From Parcubacteria group bacterium Gr01-1014_20 (GTDB lineage: Bacteria > Patescibacteriota > Minisyncoccia > UBA6257 > 2-01-FULL-56-20), in NCBI GenBank assembly GCA_007376265.1, contig VMFW01000005.1:198-64197 (forward strand): a stretch of 64,000 nucleotides of DNA. Reading direction: 5' to 3'. Shown here in pieces: positions 38,860-48,111 of this stretch. The position numbers were made by a program, and so were the translations under genes. Positions within the stretch are counted from its first letter, which is position 1; the number at the start of each line of letters is the position of its first letter. Under the pieces are notes generated by a model. It was not told where the DNA came from and searched no databases. It was given only the letters and a program-made list of their open reading frames with translations.

Positions 38860-39828
38860 TTATTTGGCTTTGGGTTTAACAAAGAACTCGTTATGGTTGT
38901 AAATTCTTTCTATCTCCTTTAATTCGGTTGAGGTTAGTGGGGTTAAACTGCTTGCCTTAAGATTCTCTACTACATCACTCTGACTAATCATACCCGGGAT
39001 TACGGCTGATACAACTTTATATGCGAGGCAAAACTGTAGCGCCAGTTGAGCCAAGTTTCTGTCCTTACCTTTATTTATGTGAGCAAAAAGTTCTGGGGCT
39101 CTTGCCCACGTCGCTATTTGCTCAACCGGCCAGCTGGAGCGATGATCTCGAGGGTCGAATTTAGCACCGGAATACTTGCCCGTCAAAAACCCAAAACAAA
39201 GGGGTGTTCTAGCCACAACTCCAATGTTTTTCTCGAGGGCGATTTCCATAAAACCGTTTTCAACTATCCTTTGATCAATCATGTTGAAATTAACCTGGAC
39301 GGATTCGAATCCAAGTTCATTCACGGCAATTAGGGAGTCGGCCGGCTTTCTTACTGAAACTCCGAATGCCAAGATTTTACCCTCTTTTTTCAAAGACTTC
39401 AGGGTTTCAATGATATTTTTTTCTTCCCTAACCACTTCAATAACCGGACTGTGAAGCTGATACAAGTCAATGTATTCGGTTTTTAGCCTCCTCAGGCTTT
39501 CCTCTAGTGAGTGGCGGATGTTTTGACTTGAGAAGTTTTGGGGTTCGTTATGGTCCGAAAATCCAACTTTTGTCGCGATTACTATATCTTTTCTTACGTC
39601 CTTAAACGTTTCTCCAATAAGTTCTTCACTGTGTCCGTATCCATAAACCCCCGCCGTATCGTAAAGAGTGATACCGTTGTCGTAGGCCAGCCGGAGTGCT
39701 TTTTTAGATTCGGCGTCATCGACTGGGCCATAGGAGGTTGCTCCCTTTGTTACTCCCCCAATCCCCCACGCCCCGAAACCAATCTCTGAAACCCTAAGAC
39801 CAGAACTTCCAAGATTCCTATATTTCAT
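38860..39828 (-). CDS. aldo/keto reductase
   Basis: MKYRNLGSSGLRVSEIGFGAWGIGG AKR N-terminus. 322 aa. Confidence 0.75.
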   Translation of the reverse strand: MKYRNLGSSGLRVSEIGFGAWGIGGVTKGATSYGPVDDAESKKALRLAYDNGITLYDTAGVYGYGHSEELIGETFKDVRKDIVIATKVGFSDHNEPQNFSSQNIRHSLEESLRRLKTEYIDLYQLHSPVIEVVREEKNIIETLKSLKKEGKILAFGVSVRKPADSLIAVNELGFESVQVNFNMIDQRIVENGFMEIALEKNIGVVARTPLCFGFLTGKYSGAKFDPRDHRSSWPVEQIATWARAPELFAHINKGKDRNLAQLALQFCLAYKVVSAVIPGMISQSDVVENLKASSLTPLTSTELKEIERIYNHNEFFVKPKAK

Positions 39829-39831
39829 ATG

Positions 39832-40791
39832 TTAAACTCCCACCGGAGACCAAACAACAACTGAATAACCGTCGACAAATAAGCTTCCGATGTAGGTTCG
39901 TTGCGCTTGGTGAATTTTAATTCGGCCTCCTAGTTCTAGCCTTCTAAGAAAGTGCAGAAAACCATTCAGATAGTTTCTTTTTTTAAAATACTCAATGGAT
40001 AAGTAGTCCAAAAAGTTTGTTTCATCTAATAGTTCCGTGATGGGTTCAATATGGATGCAAATTTTTGGTTTATTCGAAAGTAGGTAGGTGATAAACTTTT
40101 CAAAGTTTTGTCCGGCTTGTTCAAGCGCGGCCACAGTATAAACAGCACTACCCGGCTCAAGACGAAAACTGTTGTCTGGGTTAAAAAAATCAAAGAGGTG
40201 TCCGGTTATGTTTTTTTCTAAGCCGGCCTCCTTTAGTAAGGATATGATTTTTTCTGCGGTGCTAGTCCAATCACATCCGTGGAGGCTGGCGGTTTTGTTT
40301 ATTTGTCTAGTCCTGAGCAGGTTGTGGCTGGTGCCGCAACCAAACTCGTAGATAGAAGGAACGTCTTTTAGGTATTTCTCAAACAACCAGTACTCTATTA
40401 CCGCAAGCATGTTGTATTCGAAATCTACAGAAAGCGGCTTAATAAGATCCTGCTTCCACCTAACAGCACCGTACTTACCGAAGTAGCGTGGGATCAGCGC
40501 GCTAACGACTTTGCTTTTCTCAAGAGTCGACAGGTTTTCGTGCCACCCCATTTCCCACTGACTTAACCTATGCTCCCCCGCGGGAATCACATTGTAATCG
40601 TTGATCGTTTTAACAATCTTTAACAACCAGGAGTCTCTTTCGGCCCGGCTAAAACTGCTATAAAGAAAGGGGTGGTTTTCTATCCACCCCGAGAGTTGGG
40701 GGGATATTTTTTCTCCTAGGACATTCTCGAAGTCGACTGGTAGTAGGGCAATTTTCTCTTTTTGGGTGAGGTTCGCTGAGTTATCGCTCAT
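39832..40791 (-). CDS. class I SAM-dependent methyltransferase (candidate sugar O-methyltransferase)
   Basis: 319 aa. IYEFGCGTSHN motif-I-like glycine loop. Confidence 0.45.
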   Translation of the reverse strand: MSDNSANLTQKEKIALLPVDFENVLGEKISPQLSGWIENHPFLYSSFSRAERDSWLLKIVKTINDYNVIPAGEHRLSQWEMGWHENLSTLEKSKVVSALIPRYFGKYGAVRWKQDLIKPLSVDFEYNMLAVIEYWLFEKYLKDVPSIYEFGCGTSHNLLRTRQINKTASLHGCDWTSTAEKIISLLKEAGLEKNITGHLFDFFNPDNSFRLEPGSAVYTVAALEQAGQNFEKFITYLLSNKPKICIHIEPITELLDETNFLDYLSIEYFKKRNYLNGFLHFLRRLELGGRIKIHQAQRTYIGSLFVDGYSVVVWSPVGV

Positions 40792-40801
40792 GAAAAAGTA
40801 A

Positions 40802-41863
40802 TTAACTGTTAGTTGATTTTTCTCTGGCCAGATTCCACTCGATTGTTCTTTTTAAACCCTCTCGTAAAGCCACCTGGGGCTTGAAGCCGAATTCATTTTC
40901 CATCTTTTTCATGCTCAAGCAAACTCTAGAGGGGGCACCAATAACACTTGGGTCTTTTCCTGGTCCCGATACTACCATAGTTCCCATAAGCTCTCCGATT
41001 AGTAGGGCTAGCTCTTTGATGGTTACCTCCTCTTCTTGTGAGCCTACATTATATATCGCGTCTTTGGAAAATAGCAAAATGTTTAAGAGTTGCCTTAGGA
41101 CATCTGACATATAACAGAAACTCCTTAGATCCCTTCCGTCGTCGACCATGTTGATGACTTTTTCTAGATGGGCTTTTTTCATAAACTGACTAATGACTCG
41201 TTCGTCATCAAAGCTTAAGCCTGGTCCATAAGACAGTGCAGGACGGGCGATTCGAATATTAAGACCGTATTTTTGCATATAGCTTAAGCATAAGACTTCA
41301 GAGAGTCGTTTTGACTCAATGTAGCAAGCACGGTTGTTGGTAATTGAACTTGAGCCTTCATACGTTTCTGGGGTAGGAAAGCTTTCGGGAGTCGGTGAGC
41401 CGTAAATTTCGCTACTGCTTAGGTAAAGAATTCTGGCGTGAGGGCTGGTTTTGACAGCGCTTTCTAAGATGCTCTTTATGCCGATGTAGTTTACATCAAT
41501 GGTTCGAACGGGATTTTCCAAGAATGCGGCTGGGGCCGCATAGCCAGCGGCGTGGACAATAAAGTCGTATTTTTCATTGTAAACGTTGGGTTCTGATAGA
41601 TCTTTATTGGTAATCAGGAAATTGTTTGCATTCAGAAGAGCATATATCCTAGAGTTTTCTGTGATCTCGCTTTTAGTGACTAGGTGAACCTTGGTTTTGT
41701 AGTTAAGTTCTTCATTTAGGTAACTAAAAAAATAGGCGAGATAAGACCCAATAAGACCATTAGCTCCAGTGAGTAGGACGCTTTTGTTTCTTAGACCCAG
41801 AGAGTTAGTGCAGTCGGATATTTTTTTGACGTCCTCTAGTACTATTTTATCGATTAATTTCAT
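40802..41863 (-). CDS. NAD-dependent epimerase/dehydratase
   Basis: VLLTGANGLIGSYLAYF Rossmann motif. 353 aa. Confidence 0.65.
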   Translation of the reverse strand: MKLIDKIVLEDVKKISDCTNSLGLRNKSVLLTGANGLIGSYLAYFFSYLNEELNYKTKVHLVTKSEITENSRIYALLNANNFLITNKDLSEPNVYNEKYDFIVHAAGYAAPAAFLENPVRTIDVNYIGIKSILESAVKTSPHARILYLSSSEIYGSPTPESFPTPETYEGSSSITNNRACYIESKRLSEVLCLSYMQKYGLNIRIARPALSYGPGLSFDDERVISQFMKKAHLEKVINMVDDGRDLRSFCYMSDVLRQLLNILLFSKDAIYNVGSQEEEVTIKELALLIGELMGTMVVSGPGKDPSVIGAPSRVCLSMKKMENEFGFKPQVALREGLKRTIEWNLAREKSTNS

Positions 41864-42752
41864 GAATGGCTTTCACTATACCTTCTTTGGTCAAACCATT
41901 AGCTTGACAGTGCTCCTCGTAAGAGCCGTAGTTGAGCAAAAATTTGTCCTCAATCCCCAATCTAGTATGTCGGAATGGGACCTTACTGCAAATTCTGGAG
42001 ATTTCATCTCCGATACCGCCAATAACGGAGTGTTCCTCTACGGTGACAAGTTTCTTGGTTTTTCCGAGACTTTTTATTAAAGTTCCGACAGAGTCCTCAG
42101 AGATCGGTTTGATGGTAGTTAAGTAGATTAGGTCACATTCGATTCCTTTTTCTTTCAGTTCGCTGACGGCGTTATTGGCATTCTCAAGTTGTGGCCCAGC
42201 AACAACTAAGGTAACGTCTTTGCCATTTATAATAGTTTCGACTTCGCCAAACTTGGGGTTGGTTTTTAAGCCGTGAGACTTGGCGGGGAGACGAAAGTAG
42301 GTAGGATGTCCGTTCGAGTAGGTTTCCCTAAATAGGGTGTCTAACTCGTGGGGAGCGGCGGGATATACGATCTGCATATTAGGTAAGGATCGCAATATGG
42401 CAATATCGTCGTATGAATGATGGGTGCATCCCAGTGATGCGTAGTCAAAGGCACTCCCGACGCTAACTATGTTTACCCCCACATCTTGATAACAAAGGTC
42501 GTCTTTTACCTGCTCGAAACATCTTTCGGTTACAAAGGGGGTGATGCTATGAACAACCGGAAAGAGGCCGCCCAGAGCTAGTCCGGAAGCCATACTCATC
42601 ATTGACTGCTCCGCCACGCCCATATTATAAAAACGGGTTCTGTGACTTTCCTCAAAATCTTTGAGTAGGAAGTGGCTAATATCGCCGATTAGAACAACCA
42701 GTTTGTCGTCTTTTCCTAATTCAAGTAGGGTTTTGGCAAATTGTTTTCTCAT
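41847..42752 (-). CDS. transketolase, C-terminal subunit (split two-gene transketolase)
   Basis: 301 aa. Pyrimidine-binding and C-terminal domains. Overlaps the N-terminal subunit gene by 4 nt. Confidence 0.75.
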   Translation of the reverse strand: MRKQFAKTLLELGKDDKLVVLIGDISHFLLKDFEESHRTRFYNMGVAEQSMMSMASGLALGGLFPVVHSITPFVTERCFEQVKDDLCYQDVGVNIVSVGSAFDYASLGCTHHSYDDIAILRSLPNMQIVYPAAPHELDTLFRETYSNGHPTYFRLPAKSHGLKTNPKFGEVETIINGKDVTLVVAGPQLENANNAVSELKEKGIECDLIYLTTIKPISEDSVGTLIKSLGKTKKLVTVEEHSVIGGIGDEISRICSKVPFRHTRLGIEDKFLLNYGSYEEHCQANGLTKEGIVKAIHEINR

Positions 42753-43510
42753 TTGAGTACTTCTTTTTTAAACATCTCCAGCTCCAGCTCTGTTGGTGCT
42801 TTGTGGTGCCAAGTAAAGAAGTTACTTTCCATCTCTCTAATACCCTTACCTTTCGTGGTGTTTGCTATGACACAAAGTGGTTTTGGGTGGTTGATATTGT
42901 TTTTATTGAAGAGTACTTCGGCTATTTCGCTGAGATCGTGGCCGTTTATTTCTCGGACTTCCCACCCGAAAGAAAGAAATTTGTCTTTCAGGTTTATTGA
43001 TGTCATTGCCCGGGTTTGAGATTTATTATTGTCAATAATAGCTACTAGGTTTAGGAGTTTGAGTTGTTCGGCATACATGGCTGTTTCCCAGATCGTTCCC
43101 TCGTTGGTTTCGCCGTCGCCGATGATGCAAAAGACTCTTCCCGGTTCGTTTTTTATTTTTTTTGAGAGAGCATAGCCGGCGGCGATTGGGAAGCCGTGAC
43201 CCAAAGACCCTGATGAGTTTAGTATGCCAATCTCGGGATTCTTGTGGGGGTGACCTCCCAAAACAGAGTCGTACTTACAAAAGGTGTCTAGCTCACTTTT
43301 AGTAATGTAGCCAAAATGAGCCAAAACGGCGTATAGAGCGGCGCTGGCGTGACCCTTGCTTAAAAAGAACTGATCGTTTTTTGTTTTATTTAGATGTATT
43401 GAGTAAAGGAGCTCCACAACCGAGAGGGCGCTTGGTATGTGTCCTTCTCCGGCCCGAGAAACCATCTCCAAAATGTTGAGCCTAATACCTTTTAGGTCTT
43501 CTTGGGGCAT
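42749..43510 (-). CDS. transketolase, N-terminal (TPP-binding) subunit
   Basis: 253 aa. LSKGHASAALYAVL...GSLGHGFPIAAGYAL...GDGETNEG TPP-binding motifs. Confidence 0.75.
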   Translation of the reverse strand: MPQEDLKGIRLNILEMVSRAGEGHIPSALSVVELLYSIHLNKTKNDQFFLSKGHASAALYAVLAHFGYITKSELDTFCKYDSVLGGHPHKNPEIGILNSSGSLGHGFPIAAGYALSKKIKNEPGRVFCIIGDGETNEGTIWETAMYAEQLKLLNLVAIIDNNKSQTRAMTSINLKDKFLSFGWEVREINGHDLSEIAEVLFNKNNINHPKPLCVIANTTKGKGIREMESNFFTWHHKAPTELELEMFKKEVLK

Positions 43511-43602
43511 TGTTTGAAAAAATTATACTCGAGATCTCTGGGGTTGGGTAGTCAAACGAGCCGGAATGGATGTGTTTTCATTGATGCCCGTTTATCCTGT
43601 TT

Positions 43603-44355
43603 TTAGGCCTGCTTGCTGAAAAATTTTTGGGCTTTTTCATATCGTTCCGGAGTGCCGATGTCAACCAGCTCTGCTTCGGAGATAAAAGCAAGGCACTTCT
43701 GTCCTAGGATTTTGGGGAAGAGGTCGTACTCAATAGAAAATGCTACTTGGGGGGGTAGAAGACTCAGTATTGTCTTGTTCATGAAATACATACCCGCATT
43801 TACGAAGCCGCCATCGCCTCCAACAACTTTCTCATTAAAACTCAGAATTTGCCCTAGTGGGTTCGTTCTTACAACTCCGTAATCTAATGACTTCCGAGGA
43901 GCGGTAACCGCAATCGAGAGCGTCCCTTCTTTTTCAGTATGAAAAAGATAGAACTTCGGCAAATCCACATCACAGAAGGAGTCACCGTTCATGACTAAGA
44001 AATTTTCACTCCCAACCATTTCGCCAGCCTTCTTCAGCGCACCACCAGTACCAAGGGGGGTTTCTTCTTCTGAGAAAACGAAGTTGTTTGCGCGAGGGTG
44101 ATTTTTGAAATGTTTTACAATTTTCTCTTTCATGTAACCAGTGCTCAAAATAATCCTATTAAAGCCGTGAGCGAAGAGACGATCGACCAGGATATCTATG
44201 AAAACCCGACCTCCTACTTCCGCAAGAACTTTGGGACGATCAGACACAACAGTCCTTAATCTTTTCCCTTCGCCCCCACATAAAATAACCGCATCTATGT
44301 TTTTGAAGGGGTTGGGGATGCTTTCTGTTTTTTTACTCGATATCTGATGGACCAT
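43603..44355 (-). CDS. sugar-1-phosphate nucleotidyltransferase, HddC-like (D-glycero-alpha-D-manno-heptose-1-P guanylyltransferase family)
   Basis: AVILCGGEGKRLRTVVSDRPKVLAEV G-loop. 250 aa. Overlaps the GHMP kinase gene by 23 nt. Confidence 0.65.
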   Translation of the reverse strand: MVHQISSKKTESIPNPFKNIDAVILCGGEGKRLRTVVSDRPKVLAEVGGRVFIDILVDRLFAHGFNRIILSTGYMKEKIVKHFKNHPRANNFVFSEEETPLGTGGALKKAGEMVGSENFLVMNGDSFCDVDLPKFYLFHTEKEGTLSIAVTAPRKSLDYGVVRTNPLGQILSFNEKVVGGDGGFVNAGMYFMNKTILSLLPPQVAFSIEYDLFPKILGQKCLAFISEAELVDIGTPERYEKAQKFFSKQA

Positions 44356-45328
44356 AGTAAATTACTTGACTGCCAATATTTTCGAATTTAACGGGGACGC
44401 AGAGCAAATTCTTTAGCTTTTCCTTAACGGCTGATTGAAACTCTGGCCTTACATAGAAGAGCATAAAACCACCCCCCCCTGCTCCGAGCAACTTCCCTCC
44501 CAGAGCTCCGGCTTGGCGGCCGGCTTCGTAAATTTCATCGATGTGTTTATTGGTAACCTGGGAAGTGAGCTGTCTTTTTATTTTCCAATTTTCGTGCAAG
44601 AGGCGGCCAAAATCGTCAAAGTTGTTTTCGCTTTCGATAATCGAGACGGCTTGATTAACCATGTCTTTCATTGTTTGTAATTCTTTGCTTTTTTCTGGTG
44701 TTCGGCGAATTTGTTCTGCTGCAATGTCGGACGCGTTTCTGGTGAGGCCCGTAAAAAACAAGAGCAGGCAGCTTTCAAGGGACTTGAGCTTTTCTAACTT
44801 CATGGTAACTGGAAAAACTGAAATGCGCTGTGGGCCGCCAAATTCGATCTTGTTGAAACCACCAAAGGCGGTTGCAACCTGATCTTGAGATCCAACATTT
44901 TCCTTGAGGATATCCTGCTCGACGTTGATTGCGTCAAAGGCTAGTTGCCTTTTTGTGACAAGACGACCCTGTAGGGCGTGTAGGGCGTGGATAAGACCGA
45001 CAGTGAATGCTGAACTAGAACCAAGCCCGGAACGAGCGGGCAAATCAGCATCGTGGTGAATTTCTACCCCCTTTTTGACATTTAAAAATTTTAGAGTTTC
45101 CCTTGCTGTTGGGTGTTGAATCTCATCTAGGTGTTTCACTGCTTCTATCCTTGACCAGACTAATCGGTGTTTGTGATCGAAAAACGGCGGGAGATACCTG
45201 CAGGTTATATAGCAGTAATTATTTATAGACGCAGAAAGAACGGCGCCGCCATTATCTTCGTACCAAGCTGGGTAATCGGTGCCCCCTCCAAAGAAAGAGA
45301 TCCTAAATGGTGTACGCGTGATGATCAT
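44333..45328 (-). CDS. GHMP-family kinase, HddA-like (heptose 7-phosphate kinase family)
   Basis: MIITRTPFRISFFGGGTDYP...SGLGSSSA. Paralog of 23395..24381. Confidence 0.65.
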   Translation of the reverse strand: MIITRTPFRISFFGGGTDYPAWYEDNGGAVLSASINNYCYITCRYLPPFFDHKHRLVWSRIEAVKHLDEIQHPTARETLKFLNVKKGVEIHHDADLPARSGLGSSSAFTVGLIHALHALQGRLVTKRQLAFDAINVEQDILKENVGSQDQVATAFGGFNKIEFGGPQRISVFPVTMKLEKLKSLESCLLLFFTGLTRNASDIAAEQIRRTPEKSKELQTMKDMVNQAVSIIESENNFDDFGRLLHENWKIKRQLTSQVTNKHIDEIYEAGRQAGALGGKLLGAGGGGFMLFYVRPEFQSAVKEKLKNLLCVPVKFENIGSQVIYYGPSDIE

Positions 45329-46272
45329 TAAACATTAGAAAACTGATGTCGCCGGACGACTTTATATCCTCGAATAAGCTCGGCGATGCCCTCGTCCAGT
45401 GAGATTTGGGTTTTGAAACCCGTTTTTTCAATCTTGGAATTGTTCACGATGTAATTACGTTTGTCGGGGTCTTTGCCGATTTTAGACTCAATAAAAACAA
45501 AACTTGGTATTTGTTTTTTTATCTCTTCGCAAAGTTCTAATTTGCTCAGATTGGCGTCAGAAAGACCGACGTTGTAGGTTTCGTTTTTCATGGTTTCGAA
45601 ATTTTCCATGGTGTGCATAAAGGCGTTGGCCACATCTCGAACGTGTATATAGTTGCGTTTAAAGTGTGGCTCGAACAAAACCACAGCTCCATCGTTAACT
45701 GCCCGATAAACAAAGTCATTCACTAGAAGATCAAGTCGCATTCGGGGACTAATTCCAAAAACGGTAGCCAGCCTGAGAGTGATTGTGTTTCCAGCCTCAA
45801 GCAGCTCTTTTTCGGCCTGCACTTTGAGTTTGCCATACAAAGAGACGGGATCGAGGGCGCTAGTTTCATCGCAGAAGGCAACTCCTTCGGCCATTCGGCC
45901 GTAACCGCTGTTGGTGTTTGGGAAAATTATTTTCTGTTCTTTTTCTCGAAGGCGCGCAATGGCTTGAATTGCTTCTAAGTTGGTTGTGCGAGCTCCGATA
46001 GGATCTTTATCGCAGCTCGGGGCGCCAACAACGCAGGCAAGGGGGATGATAAAATCCTTGTCTTTGAGGTTTTGTTTTATTAGCTCTTCGTCGCGCGCAT
46101 CCCCACGCACGATAGTGAGGGTTTTAAAGTTACAGACATCAAGGAGGGGGGTTTGATTGTAAATAAAACTATCGATGACGGTAACTTCATGACCTCTACG
46201 CAAAAGCTCTGGAACCAGTATGGATCCAATGTAGCCAGCTCCACCTGTGATAAGAATTTTCCTGGGCGACAT
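45328..46272 (-). CDS. NAD-dependent epimerase/dehydratase
   Basis: KILITGGAGYIGSILV. 314 aa. Confidence 0.65.
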   Translation of the reverse strand: MSPRKILITGGAGYIGSILVPELLRRGHEVTVIDSFIYNQTPLLDVCNFKTLTIVRGDARDEELIKQNLKDKDFIIPLACVVGAPSCDKDPIGARTTNLEAIQAIARLREKEQKIIFPNTNSGYGRMAEGVAFCDETSALDPVSLYGKLKVQAEKELLEAGNTITLRLATVFGISPRMRLDLLVNDFVYRAVNDGAVVLFEPHFKRNYIHVRDVANAFMHTMENFETMKNETYNVGLSDANLSKLELCEEIKKQIPSFVFIESKIGKDPDKRNYIVNNSKIEKTGFKTQISLDEGIAELIRGYKVVRRHQFSNV

Positions 46273-46277
46273 GGTAT

Positions 46278-46796
46278 TTACAAATACTTACCCTGCTCAT
46301 CCCGTTGCGAAACGATCGGATTCTTTACTGGCCACCAGATATTCAGCTTGGGATCGTTCCACTTGTAGGTAAACTGCTTCTCTGGGTTGTAGTAGGTTGA
46401 TTGTTTATAGTGAAAAATCGAAAGGTCGCTTAAAACCAAGTGAGCATTACCGTGTTTTGGGGGCACCAGGACCTGAAGGTGGTTTTCTGATGATAGGAGG
46501 AATGATTGCCACTGCCCAAAGGTTGGAGACGTTCCATCGCAGTTTACGACGACAAAGTAAAAACGCCCGTAAAGGCAGGATATTAGTTTCCAAGTTTCGG
46601 TATCACCGTGAATACCCCTAAGGACATGCTTACTCGAGACAGAAATGTCATCTTGAACAAAGTCGACATTAATACCGGTCTCAGCGTACAGGTTTTTACT
46701 GTAGGTTTGGACGTAATGACCCCGAAAGTCTTCGAAGACTTCCGGCTTAATTGTTATGACTCCCTCGAGTTTAGTTTTAGAAATCTCCATTCTCAT
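46278..46796 (-). CDS. RmlC-like cupin sugar-nucleotide 3,5-epimerase
   Basis: 172 aa. KLEGVITIKPEVFEDFRGHY...RGIHGD pattern of dTDP-4-dehydrorhamnose 3,5-epimerase-like enzymes. Confidence 0.65.
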   Translation of the reverse strand: MRMEISKTKLEGVITIKPEVFEDFRGHYVQTYSKNLYAETGINVDFVQDDISVSSKHVLRGIHGDTETWKLISCLYGRFYFVVVNCDGTSPTFGQWQSFLLSSENHLQVLVPPKHGNAHLVLSDLSIFHYKQSTYYNPEKQFTYKWNDPKLNIWWPVKNPIVSQRDEQGKYL

Positions 46797-46959
46797 GTAA
46801 TGAGTCCTTAATACTACGGGTTATTTATAGACCAATTACCTGTCTCTTTCAAGCCTTTTCGGCGGACTTGGTCAAGATGTGGAATTTTTCAATCTAGGAG
46901 AGACAGTCTTCCACCACAAGGAGGTGGCTGTTTAATAACGGCACGTAGCGTTGGGGTTT

Positions 46960-47511
46960 CTACTTTTCGTTGTAGTAATCTCCGTATTCTACGAGTAGAG
47001 TGGACTTTCCGTCCGGACGATTGATGGCTTTTTCATATTCCGGGAAGATTTGCTCTGGAGTGTCTAACCTCACAACTTCTATATTTTTTACGAGCAAACG
47101 CATGGCTTCGGTGAAGTCACCGCTATGTTGAACCCCGGGAAAAAGTGGTCTCTCTGATCCAATGGCAGTTTTAATGATAACTTTTGGCCAAACTTTTCCA
47201 TTAGTAATAACCGGGATTTTATCGAGGTGGTTAACCAACTGATTTAATGCCAGAAGGAGGAAATTGAATCGTGGGTAAATGCTGATCGGTATATAACCCG
47301 CTAATGCTAAACCGATCGACATGCCCATTTGGGTTTCTTCAAAAACCGGGAGTTCAATTCTTTTCTCGAGAGGTACGTTTTCAATGGTCTTAAAGATACT
47401 GTTTCCTGGAAAAGCTACGCTCTGCCCAATAAATAAGGTGCTGGGATTTTCTGCCAAATACAACATGGCTCTTGTAAGTTCTGATTTGTATCTTAGTTGT
47501 TCCATGCTCAA
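46960..47511 (-). CDS. short TPP-enzyme E1 beta-like / transketolase pyrimidine-binding-domain protein
   Basis: 183 aa. Resembles only the N-terminal (Pyr) domain of 2-oxoacid dehydrogenase E1 beta/transketolase (FIGQSVAFPG...ETQMGMSIGLALAGYIP). Confidence 0.5.
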   Translation of the reverse strand: MSMEQLRYKSELTRAMLYLAENPSTLFIGQSVAFPGNSIFKTIENVPLEKRIELPVFEETQMGMSIGLALAGYIPISIYPRFNFLLLALNQLVNHLDKIPVITNGKVWPKVIIKTAIGSERPLFPGVQHSGDFTEAMRLLVKNIEVVRLDTPEQIFPEYEKAINRPDGKSTLLVEYGDYYNEK

Positions 47512-47523
47512 TAAATTAAAGGC

Positions 47524-48111
47524 TTATCCGAAAGTAACCCACTTGCCACTGCCATAATGGGGATATTTATTCTTTTTATGTTCATACTTTGTAACTTTAT
47601 TTGCGGATTTCTCTTCTCCCCATGCTTTTTTAGTTGGAGTATTAGTTGAAATCCCGTTGTCCTCAATTACGAAAGAGATGGGGAGATTGTTTCGCTCTGC
47701 ATAGTTTACCGCTTCATGGAAAATGCCACCCTCGGCGGCCATATCTCCAACAAACACCCAGACGTGCTCAGTTAATTTTTTTTGCTTTATGGCGAAAGCC
47801 ACTCCGAGCGCAATCGGTGTGTTCCCACCGACAATCCCAGAGGAGTAGAAACGATGTTCGGGGTTACAAACGGTAATACTATTGCCTCGGATGATTTCTT
47901 CACGCAACCAGATTGGACTAACACCGTGCAAGAGAGCATGATAATGACTGCGATGGGTAGAAAAAACCCAATCGTTAGGTTTAATATCCCTGAATATTTC
48001 TATAAGTTGGTCCTCGTTACCATCGGAAAGATGGATGGGGGCTTTAATTTTACCGGTCTCAAACAGAGATGCGATATCTTCTTCGAACTTTATTAGCTCT
48101 TCTTTAGTCAT
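47524..48111 (-). CDS. short TPP-binding E1 alpha-like protein
   Basis: Track ORF 47524..48234 trimmed to internal start MTKEEL (48111). The longer form would overlap the upstream fcl-like gene by 130 nt and begins with low-complexity sequence. HRSHYHAL...GGNTPIALGVAFA...GDMAAEGG TPP-binding pattern. Confidence 0.5.
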   Translation of the reverse strand: MTKEELIKFEEDIASLFETGKIKAPIHLSDGNEDQLIEIFRDIKPNDWVFSTHRSHYHALLHGVSPIWLREEIIRGNSITVCNPEHRFYSSGIVGGNTPIALGVAFAIKQKKLTEHVWVFVGDMAAEGGIFHEAVNYAERNNLPISFVIEDNGISTNTPTKKAWGEEKSANKVTKYEHKKNKYPHYGSGKWVTFG

